From: Gemmatimonadales bacterium
GTDB taxonomy: Bacteria > Gemmatimonadota > Gemmatimonadetes > Gemmatimonadales > GWC2-71-9
Length of the DNA: 42,498 nucleotides
NCBI GenBank assembly: GCA_036732805.1
Contig: DAINBS010000001.1
Location: 1-42,498, forward strand
Direction: 5' to 3'
This document shows, piece after piece, positions 23,306 to 31,680 of this stretch. The notes beneath the pieces are model-generated. The model made no database searches. It had not been told where the DNA came from and saw only the letters and a list, made by a program, of their open reading frames with translations. Numbering within the stretch: position 1 is the stretch's first letter; each line of letters opens with the position of its first letter. A program made the position numbers and the translations under genes.

Positions 23306-25917
23306 TGGTGGGTGACGGCGACCGTGCGGCCCGCTGGGCGCACGTGCAGCGGATCTTCCACGAGGCCCTGGAGCATGACGGCCCCGAGCGGGAACGGTAC
23401 CTGGACGAAGCCTGCGCCGGCGACGCTTCGCTCCGCCAGGAGCTGACCTCCCTGCTGGCGGGCGCGCAAGCCGGCTTCCTGGGTGAGCCCCGTGACGAGG
23501 CCGAGTCGCCCGATCTCGAAGACAGCCGCATCGGATCGTTCCGCATCCTGCGGCCGCTGGGGCACGGCGGCATGGGCTCCGTCTACCTGGCGGAGCGCGA
23601 GGGCGCCGGCTTCACCCAGCAGGTGGCGCTCAAGCTGCTGCGGTCGGCCATGCTCCTGCCCGCCGGCCTCGCGCCCCAACTCGAGGAGCGGTTCAGCCGG
23701 GAGCGTCACATCCTGGCCCGGCTCGAGCACCCCGGCATTGCCCGGCTCATCGACGGCGGCTACACGCCGGCTGGACAGCCCTACCTGGCCATGGAGTACG
23801 TCGAGGGGCTGCCGCTCACCGACTACGCCCGCACGCACGAGCTGGGCGTCCGCGCCCGGATCGAGCTGTTCATTGCCGTCTGTGAGGCGGTGCAGTACGC
23901 CCACCAGCGGCTCGTCATCCATCGCGATCTCAAGCCCAGCAACATCCTCGTCACGGCATCCGCCCACCCGAAGCTGCTCGACTTCGGCATCGCCACGTTC
24001 GCCGAGGTCGAGGAGGGGCGTGACGCCGCGACCGCGTCACGCACGGGCCTCTGGTTCACGCCCAACTACGCGAGCCCGGAGCAGGTCCGCCGCGAGCGGG
24101 TCACGACGCTGTCGGATCTGTACTCCCTTGGCATTCTGTTGTACGAGCTGCTGGCCGGCACCCGGCCGTACGAGGCCTCGACGCTCTCGCCGGCGGGGCT
24201 CGAAGAGCTGGTCTGCCGGCGGATCCCCGAACGGCCCAGCGTGCGCGCCCCCAATTCGCGCGTCGCGCGCCTGCTCCGGGGCGATCTCGACACCATCACG
24301 CTCAAGGCGCTGGCCAAGGAACCGGAACGGCGCTACGGCTCCGTGCAGGAGCTGGCGGACGACCTGGGCCGTCATCTTCGACGCGAGGCGGTGCGCGCGC
24401 GCCCCGACAGCGTCGGGTACCGGTTCACGACGTTCATGCGGCGCAACGGCACGGGGGTGGCCGCCGCCGCATTCGTGGTGACGGCGCTGGTCGGCGGGAT
24501 CGCCGCGGCCACCTGGCAGGCCCGCAACGCGCAGCGCGCCCGTGCCGAAGCCGAAGAGGTGGCGGACTTCCTCATCGGCCTGTTCGAGGAGAACGACCCG
24601 CAGCAGGCACCGGTGGACCCGGCGCTCGCCACGGCCGTGCTCGAGCGCGGGGTGGCGCGGGCGGACGAGCTTGCCGAGCAGCCCACGGTGCGAGCCCGCC
24701 TGCTCGACGCGCTGGGAATGGTGTTCCTGAACCTCGGACGGTACTCCGAAGCGGATCAGCTCATCGGACAGGGGCTCGGCCTGCGGCTCGACGCGTACGG
24801 TGAGGCACACCCCGACGTCGCCCTCAGCCTGGCACACCTTGGCCGGCTCCGCCGGTACCAGGGCGCGTACACGGAGTCCGAGACGCTGCTCCGCCGCGCG
24901 CTCGCCATCCAGGAACGCGCCCTGGGCCGCGACGATCCGGCGGTCGCCGAGACGATGAGCGAGCTCGCGTTCGTGCTGCCCTATCTCGGCCGCCTCCGCG
25001 AAGCGGAGGTTCTCTACCGTGCGGTCGTGGACCTGCGGCGCAGGACGCTGGGGGACGACGACCCGACCGTGGGCGACGCGATCTTCCGGGTGGCGGCCAT
25101 CCTCAGCCTCGAGGGACAGACCGCCGCCGCGGAGTCGGTGGGACGCGAGGGCCTCGCGTTCCGCGAGCGCACCATGGGACCCGACGACCCGTCGGTGGGC
25201 CAGGCCCTGATCGGCGTCGCTGACTACGTGGCGGAGGACAGCATTCGCGCGGACGAGGCGGAGCAGATGTACCGGCGCGGGGTCGCGATCCAGCGGCGGG
25301 CGTACGGCGACCGTCACATGGCGCTGCTCCACGGCCTCGGCAACCTGGCGCAGTTGCTCTCAGCCCGGGGCCGGCACGACGAGGCGCTCGCCCTGCTCCG
25401 AGAAGTGCTCGAGCTTCGCGCGGCCCTGCTGGGGCCGGACCATGAATCGCTGGCCGCCGTGAAGGAAAGCATCGCCGATGTCCTGGCGGCCAAGGGATCA
25501 TTGAACGAAGCCATCGCGCTGCGTCAGGAAGCTCTGGCGGCGTGGCGTCTGCTCATGGGCCCGCGGCATCCGAACGTGTCCGGCAGCCTGAAGGGCCTCG
25601 CCTTGCTCTACGGTCAGGCAGGCGACCTCGCCGCGGCCGAATCCCTGCTCGTCGAGGCGGTCGCCATTCGGCGCGAGGCGAGCGGGTCCCGGCACGCGCT
25701 GGTTGGCATCCTGCTCGCCGACCTGGGGCGGCTCAACGTGCGGCGCGGGCACTACGAGGAAGCGGAGCGCTATCTCCTCGAGGCCCAGTCCATTATCGAG
25801 GCCCAGATCGCCCGCACCCACCCGGACGCGCGGGCCGTGCGTGAGGCCCTCGCAGACCTGTACGACGCGTGGGGCCGCCCCGAGCAGGCGGCGGCGGTGC
25901 GCGAGGCCTCACGTTGA
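23305..25917 (+). CDS. Ser/Thr protein kinase with one TM helix and a long extracytoplasmic TPR domain
   Basis: ATG 23305 shares one nt with the sigma-gene TGA. HRDLKPSNIL, DFGIA and ASPEQ motifs. TM GVAAAAFVVTALVGGIAAATW. Repeated TPR-like A..Y..AL.I.E...G..HP units. The N-terminal 117 aa of track ORF 22954..25917 are read-through. Confidence 0.9.
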   Translation: MVGDGDRAARWAHVQRIFHEALEHDGPERERYLDEACAGDASLRQELTSLLAGAQAGFLGEPRDEAESPDLEDSRIGSFRILRPLGHGGMGSVYLAEREGAGFTQQVALKLLRSAMLLPAGLAPQLEERFSRERHILARLEHPGIARLIDGGYTPAGQPYLAMEYVEGLPLTDYARTHELGVRARIELFIAVCEAVQYAHQRLVIHRDLKPSNILVTASAHPKLLDFGIATFAEVEEGRDAATASRTGLWFTPNYASPEQVRRERVTTLSDLYSLGILLYELLAGTRPYEASTLSPAGLEELVCRRIPERPSVRAPNSRVARLLRGDLDTITLKALAKEPERRYGSVQELADDLGRHLRREAVRARPDSVGYRFTTFMRRNGTGVAAAAFVVTALVGGIAAATWQARNAQRARAEAEEVADFLIGLFEENDPQQAPVDPALATAVLERGVARADELAEQPTVRARLLDALGMVFLNLGRYSEADQLIGQGLGLRLDAYGEAHPDVALSLAHLGRLRRYQGAYTESETLLRRALAIQERALGRDDPAVAETMSELAFVLPYLGRLREAEVLYRAVVDLRRRTLGDDDPTVGDAIFRVAAILSLEGQTAAAESVGREGLAFRERTMGPDDPSVGQALIGVADYVAEDSIRADEAEQMYRRGVAIQRRAYGDRHMALLHGLGNLAQLLSARGRHDEALALLREVLELRAALLGPDHESLAAVKESIADVLAAKGSLNEAIALRQEALAAWRLLMGPRHPNVSGSLKGLALLYGQAGDLAAAESLLVEAVAIRREASGSRHALVGILLADLGRLNVRRGHYEEAERYLLEAQSIIEAQIARTHPDARAVREALADLYDAWGRPEQAAAVREASR

Positions 25918-25958
25918 GCATATGTCGCGTGCAGCGTGTAGCGTGAGGCGGAACAACC

Positions 25959-26028
25959 CATCCCGTCTTTCCCGCTTATCCCGCTTCCCTTCCAGCCCGT
26001 TAATCCCGTCTATCCCGCCCATCCCGCC
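25959..26028. repeat. array of about 7 degenerate 9-mers (YATCCCGCY)
   Basis: CATCCCGTC TTTCCCGCT TATCCCGCT ..degenerate.. TAATCCCGTC TATCCCGCC CATCCCGCC. It is preceded by three GCGTG 7-nt repeats (25927-25948). It overlaps the last 9-10 codons of the minus-strand ORF ending at 26000. Confidence 0.75.
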
Positions 26029-26758
26029 GCACCACCGCATCCGAATGGCGGCGCGGATCGAACGGCTCGAGGAACGAGCGACCCAGGGCGAATATCCCCC
26101 GTTGCGGGATCGCGAAGTCGCCGAGCCTCGCCTGCGAGGGAAGCGGGCCGGGCACCCCCAGGTCGCGCCCCCGCAGTGACGCGGCGCTCTCCCCCACCAG
26201 CCACACGCGCTGCGGATTCATGGCAAAGCGCTGTCCGTTCGGGACCTTCCCGGTGAAGGCCACCCGTCCAACGCCGAGCAGCTGCCGCGCGGCGACGCCG
26301 AGCCAGTAGAGCACACGGGGGCTGCGCCACATCCCGTCGGTAAGCAGCCCGGCCGCCGCGTTCATGACTACGGTCATGGGGGTCGAACGCAGGCTGACCT
26401 GCCAGTCGAGCACGCCGTCGCCCACCGTGACCCGCAGCACCCGCGCATCCGTCCACCGCACCGCGATGGGCGCGCGGACGGCCTCGTCTATGGCCTCGCC
26501 GAAAAAGCGCGCGCAGGATGTCTGCGCCGACACGTCGGACCAGAAGGTCCAGCGCCCTGCGGGGTCCCGATGCCAGACGGACGAGTACCCGTAGCCCAGG
26601 GAGGAGGCCGGGTACCGCCGGAGCGCCAGCACGTGCCCCGAGGCGAACGGCAGCCCCATCACCCCGTAGCCGCGGAAGCGGTCTTCCGTGCCTTCCGGAA
26701 CCTCCGGGTCGATTTCGGTCAGCTCCGCCAGCGCTTGCGGCTCTGCCAGGATGTGCAC
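26000..26758 (-). CDS. hypothetical protein (252 aa)
   Basis: GTG 26758 follows GGAAGGAAGGGGGAGGG. High GC3. No motif recognised. The C-terminal tail RRDGRDRRD is encoded by the 9-mer repeat array. Confidence 0.6.
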   Translation of the reverse strand: MHILAEPQALAELTEIDPEVPEGTEDRFRGYGVMGLPFASGHVLALRRYPASSLGYGYSSVWHRDPAGRWTFWSDVSAQTSCARFFGEAIDEAVRAPIAVRWTDARVLRVTVGDGVLDWQVSLRSTPMTVVMNAAAGLLTDGMWRSPRVLYWLGVAARQLLGVGRVAFTGKVPNGQRFAMNPQRVWLVGESAASLRGRDLGVPGPLPSQARLGDFAIPQRGIFALGRSFLEPFDPRRHSDAVVRRDGRDRRD

Positions 26759-26798
26759 CGACCCTCCCCCTTCCTTCCGTCCGTCCTCGAGGGGTGGC

Positions 26799-27035
26799 TC
26801 AACCGTCGGCGTGGGCGAGCTCCGCGGCTCGCATCCAGCCGAGCGCGGTGAGCTGGAGCCGCCCGCGGGCGCCACGCTCGACGAACCCCGTCGCCACGAG
26901 CCGCCGCGCGATGAGCCGCAGGAGCGCCCGGCTCACCGGCCAGCGGCGCGGCATGTCGGCCACCGACCGCGGCCCGCCGGAGAGGGACGAGAAGATCGTC
27001 AACAGGGCCACGTGTTCGATCGGATTGGCGGACAT
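26799..27035 (-). CDS. small winged-helix-like DNA-binding protein (78 aa)
   Basis: High GC3. HTH-like VSRALLRLIARRLVATGFVER...L.LT..G. Confidence 0.5.
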   Translation of the reverse strand: MSANPIEHVALLTIFSSLSGGPRSVADMPRRWPVSRALLRLIARRLVATGFVERGARGRLQLTALGWMRAAELAHADG

Positions 27036-27092
27036 GCGGCCTCGGCGTCAGGGTCGTTCATCGGATGAGGCGCAGGCGGGGCCGAATCGGGC

Positions 27093-27713
27093 TCACGCCG
27101 GCCGCCGGATCAGGACTTCCTGAGACATCCTGGGCGTGCGGTGTCCCGGCATGACCGGGATTTCGACGACCACCGCGTCGCGATCGGACCGGTTCGGCTG
27201 GCCGCCGAACCGCTCGAACATCCTGAGCGCCGCCGTGTTGTCCCGCAGCACCGTTCCCCTCAGGCGCCGGAGCCTCAGCTCGGCGGCGGAGACGAGAAGC
27301 GTCTGGAGCAGCAGGGAGCCCAGGCCGCAGCGCTGCCAGGCATCCACCACGGTGATGCTGAAATCCGCGGTGTCCGGAACCGCTGGATCCCGGCTGAACC
27401 GGGCCGCCGCAATGCCGGGCCGGCCGGGCTCGTCCTCCGCGATGGCGCCCCACGCGACCTGGTTCTCGAAGTCCAGCTCCGTGAGGCGCCGCAGCTCCTC
27501 CTTCGTGAATCCGGTGCGCGGCGCGTGGAACCGCAGGAACCGGCTGCGCGCGCTCATCGCGCCCATCGCCTCGACGATGCGCGCCTTGTCGGCCGGCGTG
27601 ATCGGCCGGATCCGGACGCGCCGGCCGTCCCGCAGCACCGCCGGGAAGGACAGCGCACGGGCCCATGGGGCCGTCGTGTTCTGGTCGTGATCGTGCCTGG
27701 TCATGCTTCGCAC
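27093..27713 (-). CDS. GNAT-family N-acetyltransferase (Pat-type protein acetyltransferase-like GNAT domain)
   Basis: VRIRPITPADKARIVEAM..MSARSRFLRF......FTKEELRRLTELD and the acetyl-CoA-site context VVDAWQRCGLGSLLL. Confidence 0.8.
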   Translation of the reverse strand: MRSMTRHDHDQNTTAPWARALSFPAVLRDGRRVRIRPITPADKARIVEAMGAMSARSRFLRFHAPRTGFTKEELRRLTELDFENQVAWGAIAEDEPGRPGIAAARFSRDPAVPDTADFSITVVDAWQRCGLGSLLLQTLLVSAAELRLRRLRGTVLRDNTAALRMFERFGGQPNRSDRDAVVVEIPVMPGHRTPRMSQEVLIRRPA

Positions 27714-27843
27714 CTCCTGATTCCGGAAGGCGCGGGGGAACGCCCGGGCGGCTCACCCGCCCATCGGTCGCCGCTACGGGCGCCGGCGGCAGCCTCGCCC
27801 CTTCCACAGCGAACCCCCGGACCTGCACGTAGTTTCTTCGGGC

Positions 27844-27872
27844 GGCCGGTCGGACTTCCGGTCCGACCGGCC
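27844..27872 (+). other. 12-bp-stem hairpin in the leader/promoter region of the BNR-repeat gene
   Basis: GGCCGGTCGGAC-ttccg-GTCCGACCGGCC, 47 nt upstream of ATG 27919. Confidence 0.4.
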
Positions 27873-27918
27873 CCAGGCTCCTTTCGTTCACACCTCCTGC
27901 GGCCGAGGTTGCACCACG

Positions 27919-30900
27919 ATGTCATCCCGTCGACTCCTCCTCGCGTCTCTGCTCTGCCTTGCCGGCCTCACGCTGGCGCCCGCGTCCACCTCGCATTCGG
28001 CGCTTGCCCAGGGCCGCCGCGGCGGCGGCGGGCCTCCGGCTGACACGGCCGGCCCGCGTGACCCCTTCGTCTCCGCCGTGCGCGGGCTCCGGCTCCGCCA
28101 CATCGGGCCGGGGGCCATTTCCGGCCGGATCAGCGACGTCGCCGTCGCCCCCGACAAGAAGACGTGGTTCGTGGGTGTGGCGTCGGGCGGCCTCTGGAAG
28201 ACCACGAACGCCGGCACGACGTTCACCCCGGTGTTCGACGGCGAGGGGTCGTATTCCATCGGCGTCGTGACACTCGACCCGCGGAACCCGAACGTCGTCT
28301 GGGTGGGGACCGGCGAGAACAACGTGCTTCGGTCCGTGTCGTACGGCGACGGCGTGTACAAGTCGGTGGATGGCGGCCGCAGCTGGCAGAACGTGGGCCT
28401 CAAGGCCTCCGAACACATCGGCAAGATCCTGATCGACCCGCGGAACACCGACGTCGTGTACGTGGCGGCGCACGGTCCGCTGTTCAGCAGCGGCGGCGAC
28501 CGCGGCCTCTACAAGACCACCGATGGCGGCAAGACGTGGAACCGGATCCTGGACGGCGGAGAGTGGGCGGGCGTCGCCGACGTCGTCATGCACCCCGGGA
28601 ATCCGGACATCCTGCTGGCCTCCACCTGGCAGAAGGCGCGCCGGCAGTGGGGGTACATCGCGGGCGGGCCGCAGTCGAGCCTCCAGCGGTCCACCGACGG
28701 CGGCGCCACGTGGACCCGTGTGCACAGCGGTCTGCCGTCGGAGGAACTGGGCCGGATCGGCCTCGTCATCTCGCCGGCGGACCCGGACGTCGTGTACGCC
28801 ATCGTCGAGGCCGCGAACGCCCGCGGCGGCTTCTACCGCTCCACCGACAACGGCGTCAGCTGGCAGCGCATGGGCGACCACACCACGATCGGCTTGTTCT
28901 ACCAGGAGCTGTTCGCCGATCCCGCGAACGTGAACCGCGTCTACTCCATGGACGTGCGCACCATGATCACGGACGACGGCGGTCGGACGTTCCGCGCGCT
29001 CGGCGAGCAGAACAAGCACGTGGACAACCACGCCATGTGGATCGATCCGGACGACACGGAGCACCTGATCATCGGCTGCGACGGCGGCCTGTACGAGACG
29101 TGGGACGGCGGACAGACCTACGACTGGTTCCAGAACCTCCCGCTGGCGCAGTTCTACCGGGTGGAGGTGGACAACTCCCTGCCGTTCTACCGGGTTTACG
29201 GCGGCACCCAGGACAACAGCACGATGGGCGGGCCGTCGCGCACCCGCACCCGCAACGGGGCGCAGAACGGCGACTGGTTCCTCACCGCGGGCGGCGATGG
29301 TTTCCAGACGCGGGTGGACCCGACCAACCCCGACATCGTGTACTCCGAGTCGCAGCACGGCTCACTGACACGGTTCAACCTCGCCACGGGCGAGCGCGTG
29401 AGCGTCCAGCCCGATCCGGAGCCCGGCGAAGCCGGCCTCCGGTGGCACTGGGACACGCCCCTCATCATCAGCCCGCACAACCCGTCGCGGCTGTACTTCG
29501 CCGCTCAGCGCCTGTTCCGGAGCGACGACCAGGGCGGTGGCTGGCGCGCGGTGAGCCCGGACCTCACCCGGCAGATCGACCGCAACCGGCTCAAGCTCAT
29601 GGGGCGGGTGTGGAGCGTGGACGCCGTGGCCAAGAACACCTCCACGTCGCTCTACGGCAGCATCGTGACCGTGGCCGAATCACCGATCCAGGAAGGGCTG
29701 CTCTGGGTCGGCACCGACGACGGCCTCGTGCAGGTGAGCGAGGACGGTGGCGGCTCGTGGCGCGCCATCACGTCGGTGCCCGGCGTGCCCGACACCACGT
29801 TCATCTCGCGCGTCACCCCGTCGGCGCACGACGTGAACACGGTCTACGTGAGCTTCGACAACCACAAGGCCGGCGACTTCAAGCCCTACATTGCGCGGAG
29901 CACCGACCTCGGCCGATCGTGGACGCTGATCACCGGCGGGCTGCCCGAGCGCGGCTCGGTGTACGTGGTGATCGAGGATCCCAAGGACCCCAACCTGCTG
30001 TTCGCCGGCACCGAGTTCGGGCTGTTCGTCTCGAACAACCGGGGCGGACAATGGACCCAGGTGCGCGGCGGGCTTCCCACGATCATGGTGCGGGACCTCG
30101 CCATCCAGAAGCGCGACGACGACCTCGTGGTCGCCACGTTCGGGCGCGGCTTCTACATCCTCGACGACCTGGCGCAGGTGCGCGCGCTCACGCCGCAGGT
30201 GCTCCAGGCCGAGGCTGCGCTGCTGCCGATCGCGCGCTCGCCGCTGTTCGTGCCCTCGTCGCCGGACCCGGGGTGGCAGGGCGCGCGGTTCTGGACCGCC
30301 GACAATCCCCCCAGCGGCGCGGTGATCACGTACCACCTGCGCGACGCGCTGCGCAGCCGCGAGGCGGCGAGGCAGCAGGCCGAGCGGGCAGCCGCGCGGC
30401 GCGGCGAGGACGTGAATTACCCGACGTGGGACACGCTGAGGGCCGAGGACGTGGCGGACGACCCGGCCATCGTCGTCACGGTGTCGGATCCGGAAGGCCG
30501 CGTGGTGCGGCGGCTGACCGGGGCCACGGGCGCTGGCCTCCAGCGCGTGACGTGGGACCTCCGCTACCCGTCCGGTATGCCGGTGACGCCTGCCCGCCCC
30601 GCGGCCGGCGGGTTCGGCGGCGGGTTCGGGTTTGGCGGCGCGGCGGGGCCGTTCGTGGTGCCCGGCACGTACTCGGTCGCCATCGCCAAGGTGGTGGACG
30701 CCGTCGTGACGCCGCTCGGCCAGCCGCAGAGCGTCGAGGTGTACCAGCTCGAGCCGGTGGGCGCGCCGCGCACCGCGGCGGCACTGGCGTTCGAGCAGCG
30801 CGCATCCGCCCTGCAGCGGGCGGTGCTCGGCGCCAACGCGGCCGCCGGGGATGCGGCGGGCCGGGCGGAGCTGCTGCAGCGGGCGCTGCATGACACCCCG

Positions 30901-31239
30901 GGCGCCACGCCGCAGATGCTGGCCGACGTGCTTGCCCTGGGCGACACGCTGCGCGCCCTCCAGTGGACCCTGAACGGCGATCCCACCGTGGAGCGCCGCC
31001 AGGAGTCCTCGCCCCCGTCGCTGATGGATCGGCTGCGTCGCTTCACGGGCGGGTGGTCTTCGTCCCTGGGCGACCCCACGGCCAGCCAGACACGGCAGTA
31101 CGAGATCGTGGCTGGCGAGTTCGGCGCCATTCTCCAGCGCCTGCGCCGCACGATCGAAGTGGATCTCAAGCGGGTCGAGGATGCCGCCGAAGCGGCGGGG
31201 GCGCCGTGGACGACGGGGAGGATTCCGACCTGGCGGTAG
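27919..31239 (+). CDS. large secreted BNR/Asp-box repeat, sortilin/VPS10-like double beta-propeller protein (1106 aa)
   Basis: Signal peptide MSSRRLLLASLLCLAGLTLAPA. Repeated S.DGG.TW Asp-box motifs (SVDGGRSW, TTDGGKTW, STDGGATW, STDNGVSW, SEDGGGSW). N-terminal GRISDVAV.P......VG.ASGGLWKTTNAGTTF is typical of this family. Confidence 0.85.
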   Translation: MSSRRLLLASLLCLAGLTLAPASTSHSALAQGRRGGGGPPADTAGPRDPFVSAVRGLRLRHIGPGAISGRISDVAVAPDKKTWFVGVASGGLWKTTNAGTTFTPVFDGEGSYSIGVVTLDPRNPNVVWVGTGENNVLRSVSYGDGVYKSVDGGRSWQNVGLKASEHIGKILIDPRNTDVVYVAAHGPLFSSGGDRGLYKTTDGGKTWNRILDGGEWAGVADVVMHPGNPDILLASTWQKARRQWGYIAGGPQSSLQRSTDGGATWTRVHSGLPSEELGRIGLVISPADPDVVYAIVEAANARGGFYRSTDNGVSWQRMGDHTTIGLFYQELFADPANVNRVYSMDVRTMITDDGGRTFRALGEQNKHVDNHAMWIDPDDTEHLIIGCDGGLYETWDGGQTYDWFQNLPLAQFYRVEVDNSLPFYRVYGGTQDNSTMGGPSRTRTRNGAQNGDWFLTAGGDGFQTRVDPTNPDIVYSESQHGSLTRFNLATGERVSVQPDPEPGEAGLRWHWDTPLIISPHNPSRLYFAAQRLFRSDDQGGGWRAVSPDLTRQIDRNRLKLMGRVWSVDAVAKNTSTSLYGSIVTVAESPIQEGLLWVGTDDGLVQVSEDGGGSWRAITSVPGVPDTTFISRVTPSAHDVNTVYVSFDNHKAGDFKPYIARSTDLGRSWTLITGGLPERGSVYVVIEDPKDPNLLFAGTEFGLFVSNNRGGQWTQVRGGLPTIMVRDLAIQKRDDDLVVATFGRGFYILDDLAQVRALTPQVLQAEAALLPIARSPLFVPSSPDPGWQGARFWTADNPPSGAVITYHLRDALRSREAARQQAERAAARRGEDVNYPTWDTLRAEDVADDPAIVVTVSDPEGRVVRRLTGATGAGLQRVTWDLRYPSGMPVTPARPAAGGFGGGFGFGGAAGPFVVPGTYSVAIAKVVDAVVTPLGQPQSVEVYQLEPVGAPRTAAALAFEQRASALQRAVLGANAAAGDAAGRAELLQRALHDTPGATPQMLADVLALGDTLRALQWTLNGDPTVERRQESSPPSLMDRLRRFTGGWSSSLGDPTASQTRQYEIVAGEFGAILQRLRRTIEVDLKRVEDAAEAAGAPWTTGRIPTWR

Positions 31240-31250
31240 GGTAACAGACA

Positions 31251-31355
31251 GTGAAAATTGAAAACTGAAGATTGGAAATTGCGGATTGGGGCTGGCCAAC
31301 CAGCGCACGTCCGCAATTTTCAATTTTCAATGTCCAATTCTCAATGTTCAATCTC
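31251..31355. repeat. AT-rich long imperfect hairpin whose arms are heptamer (CAATTTT) tandem repeats; probable bidirectional terminator
   Basis: Right arm 31314-31355: CAATTTT CAATTTT CAATGTC CAATTCT CAATGTT CAATCTC. The left arm 31253-31280 is the complementary GAAAATT GAAAACT GAAGATT GGAAATT. GCGGA (31281-31285) pairs with TCCGC (31310-31314). It lies between convergent stops 31239 and 31362. Confidence 0.75.
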
Positions 31356-31361
31356 TGATCC

Positions 31362-31649
31362 TCAGACTCCCGCAACGAGGATCATCTCACTCATCGCACA
31401 CGCCTGACGCATGGCTTTCGCCGGCCGGTACTCCTCCGATTCCCACCACGCCTTGGCGCGCGCGGCGTCCGGGAACTCCAGCACGACCACCCGCCTGGGC
31501 TGCCACGCTCCCTCGAGTCGTTCCGCTGGCCCGCCGCGCACGAGGTAGCGTCCCCCGAACGCGGTCACCGCCCCTTCCGCCAGGGCCTTGTAGCGCTCGT
31601 AGGGCACGGGATCGGTGACTTCGATGTTCACGATGACGTACGCCGACAT
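31362..31649 (-). CDS. DUF1330-family protein (95 aa)
   Basis: ATG 31649 follows GAGGAG. MSAYVIVNIEVTDP..Y.....A......GGRYLVRGG....LEG.W.P.R.VVLEFPD...A..WY.S.EY is the characteristic DUF1330 pattern. Confidence 0.8.
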   Translation of the reverse strand: MSAYVIVNIEVTDPVPYERYKALAEGAVTAFGGRYLVRGGPAERLEGAWQPRRVVVLEFPDAARAKAWWESEEYRPAKAMRQACAMSEMILVAGV

Positions 31650-31680
31650 GCGATCTCCTCTTCGGTGATGTCGGATCGGA

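Noticed and set aside
26799-27713. GNAT plus small DNA-binding protein as a GNAT/RHH-type toxin-antitoxin pair
   Set aside because: The known TacT/AtaT/KacT pairs have the small antitoxin upstream of a roughly 170-aa GNAT. Here the order is reversed, the GNAT is Pat-like, and the small protein looks winged-helix rather than RHH/DUF1778.
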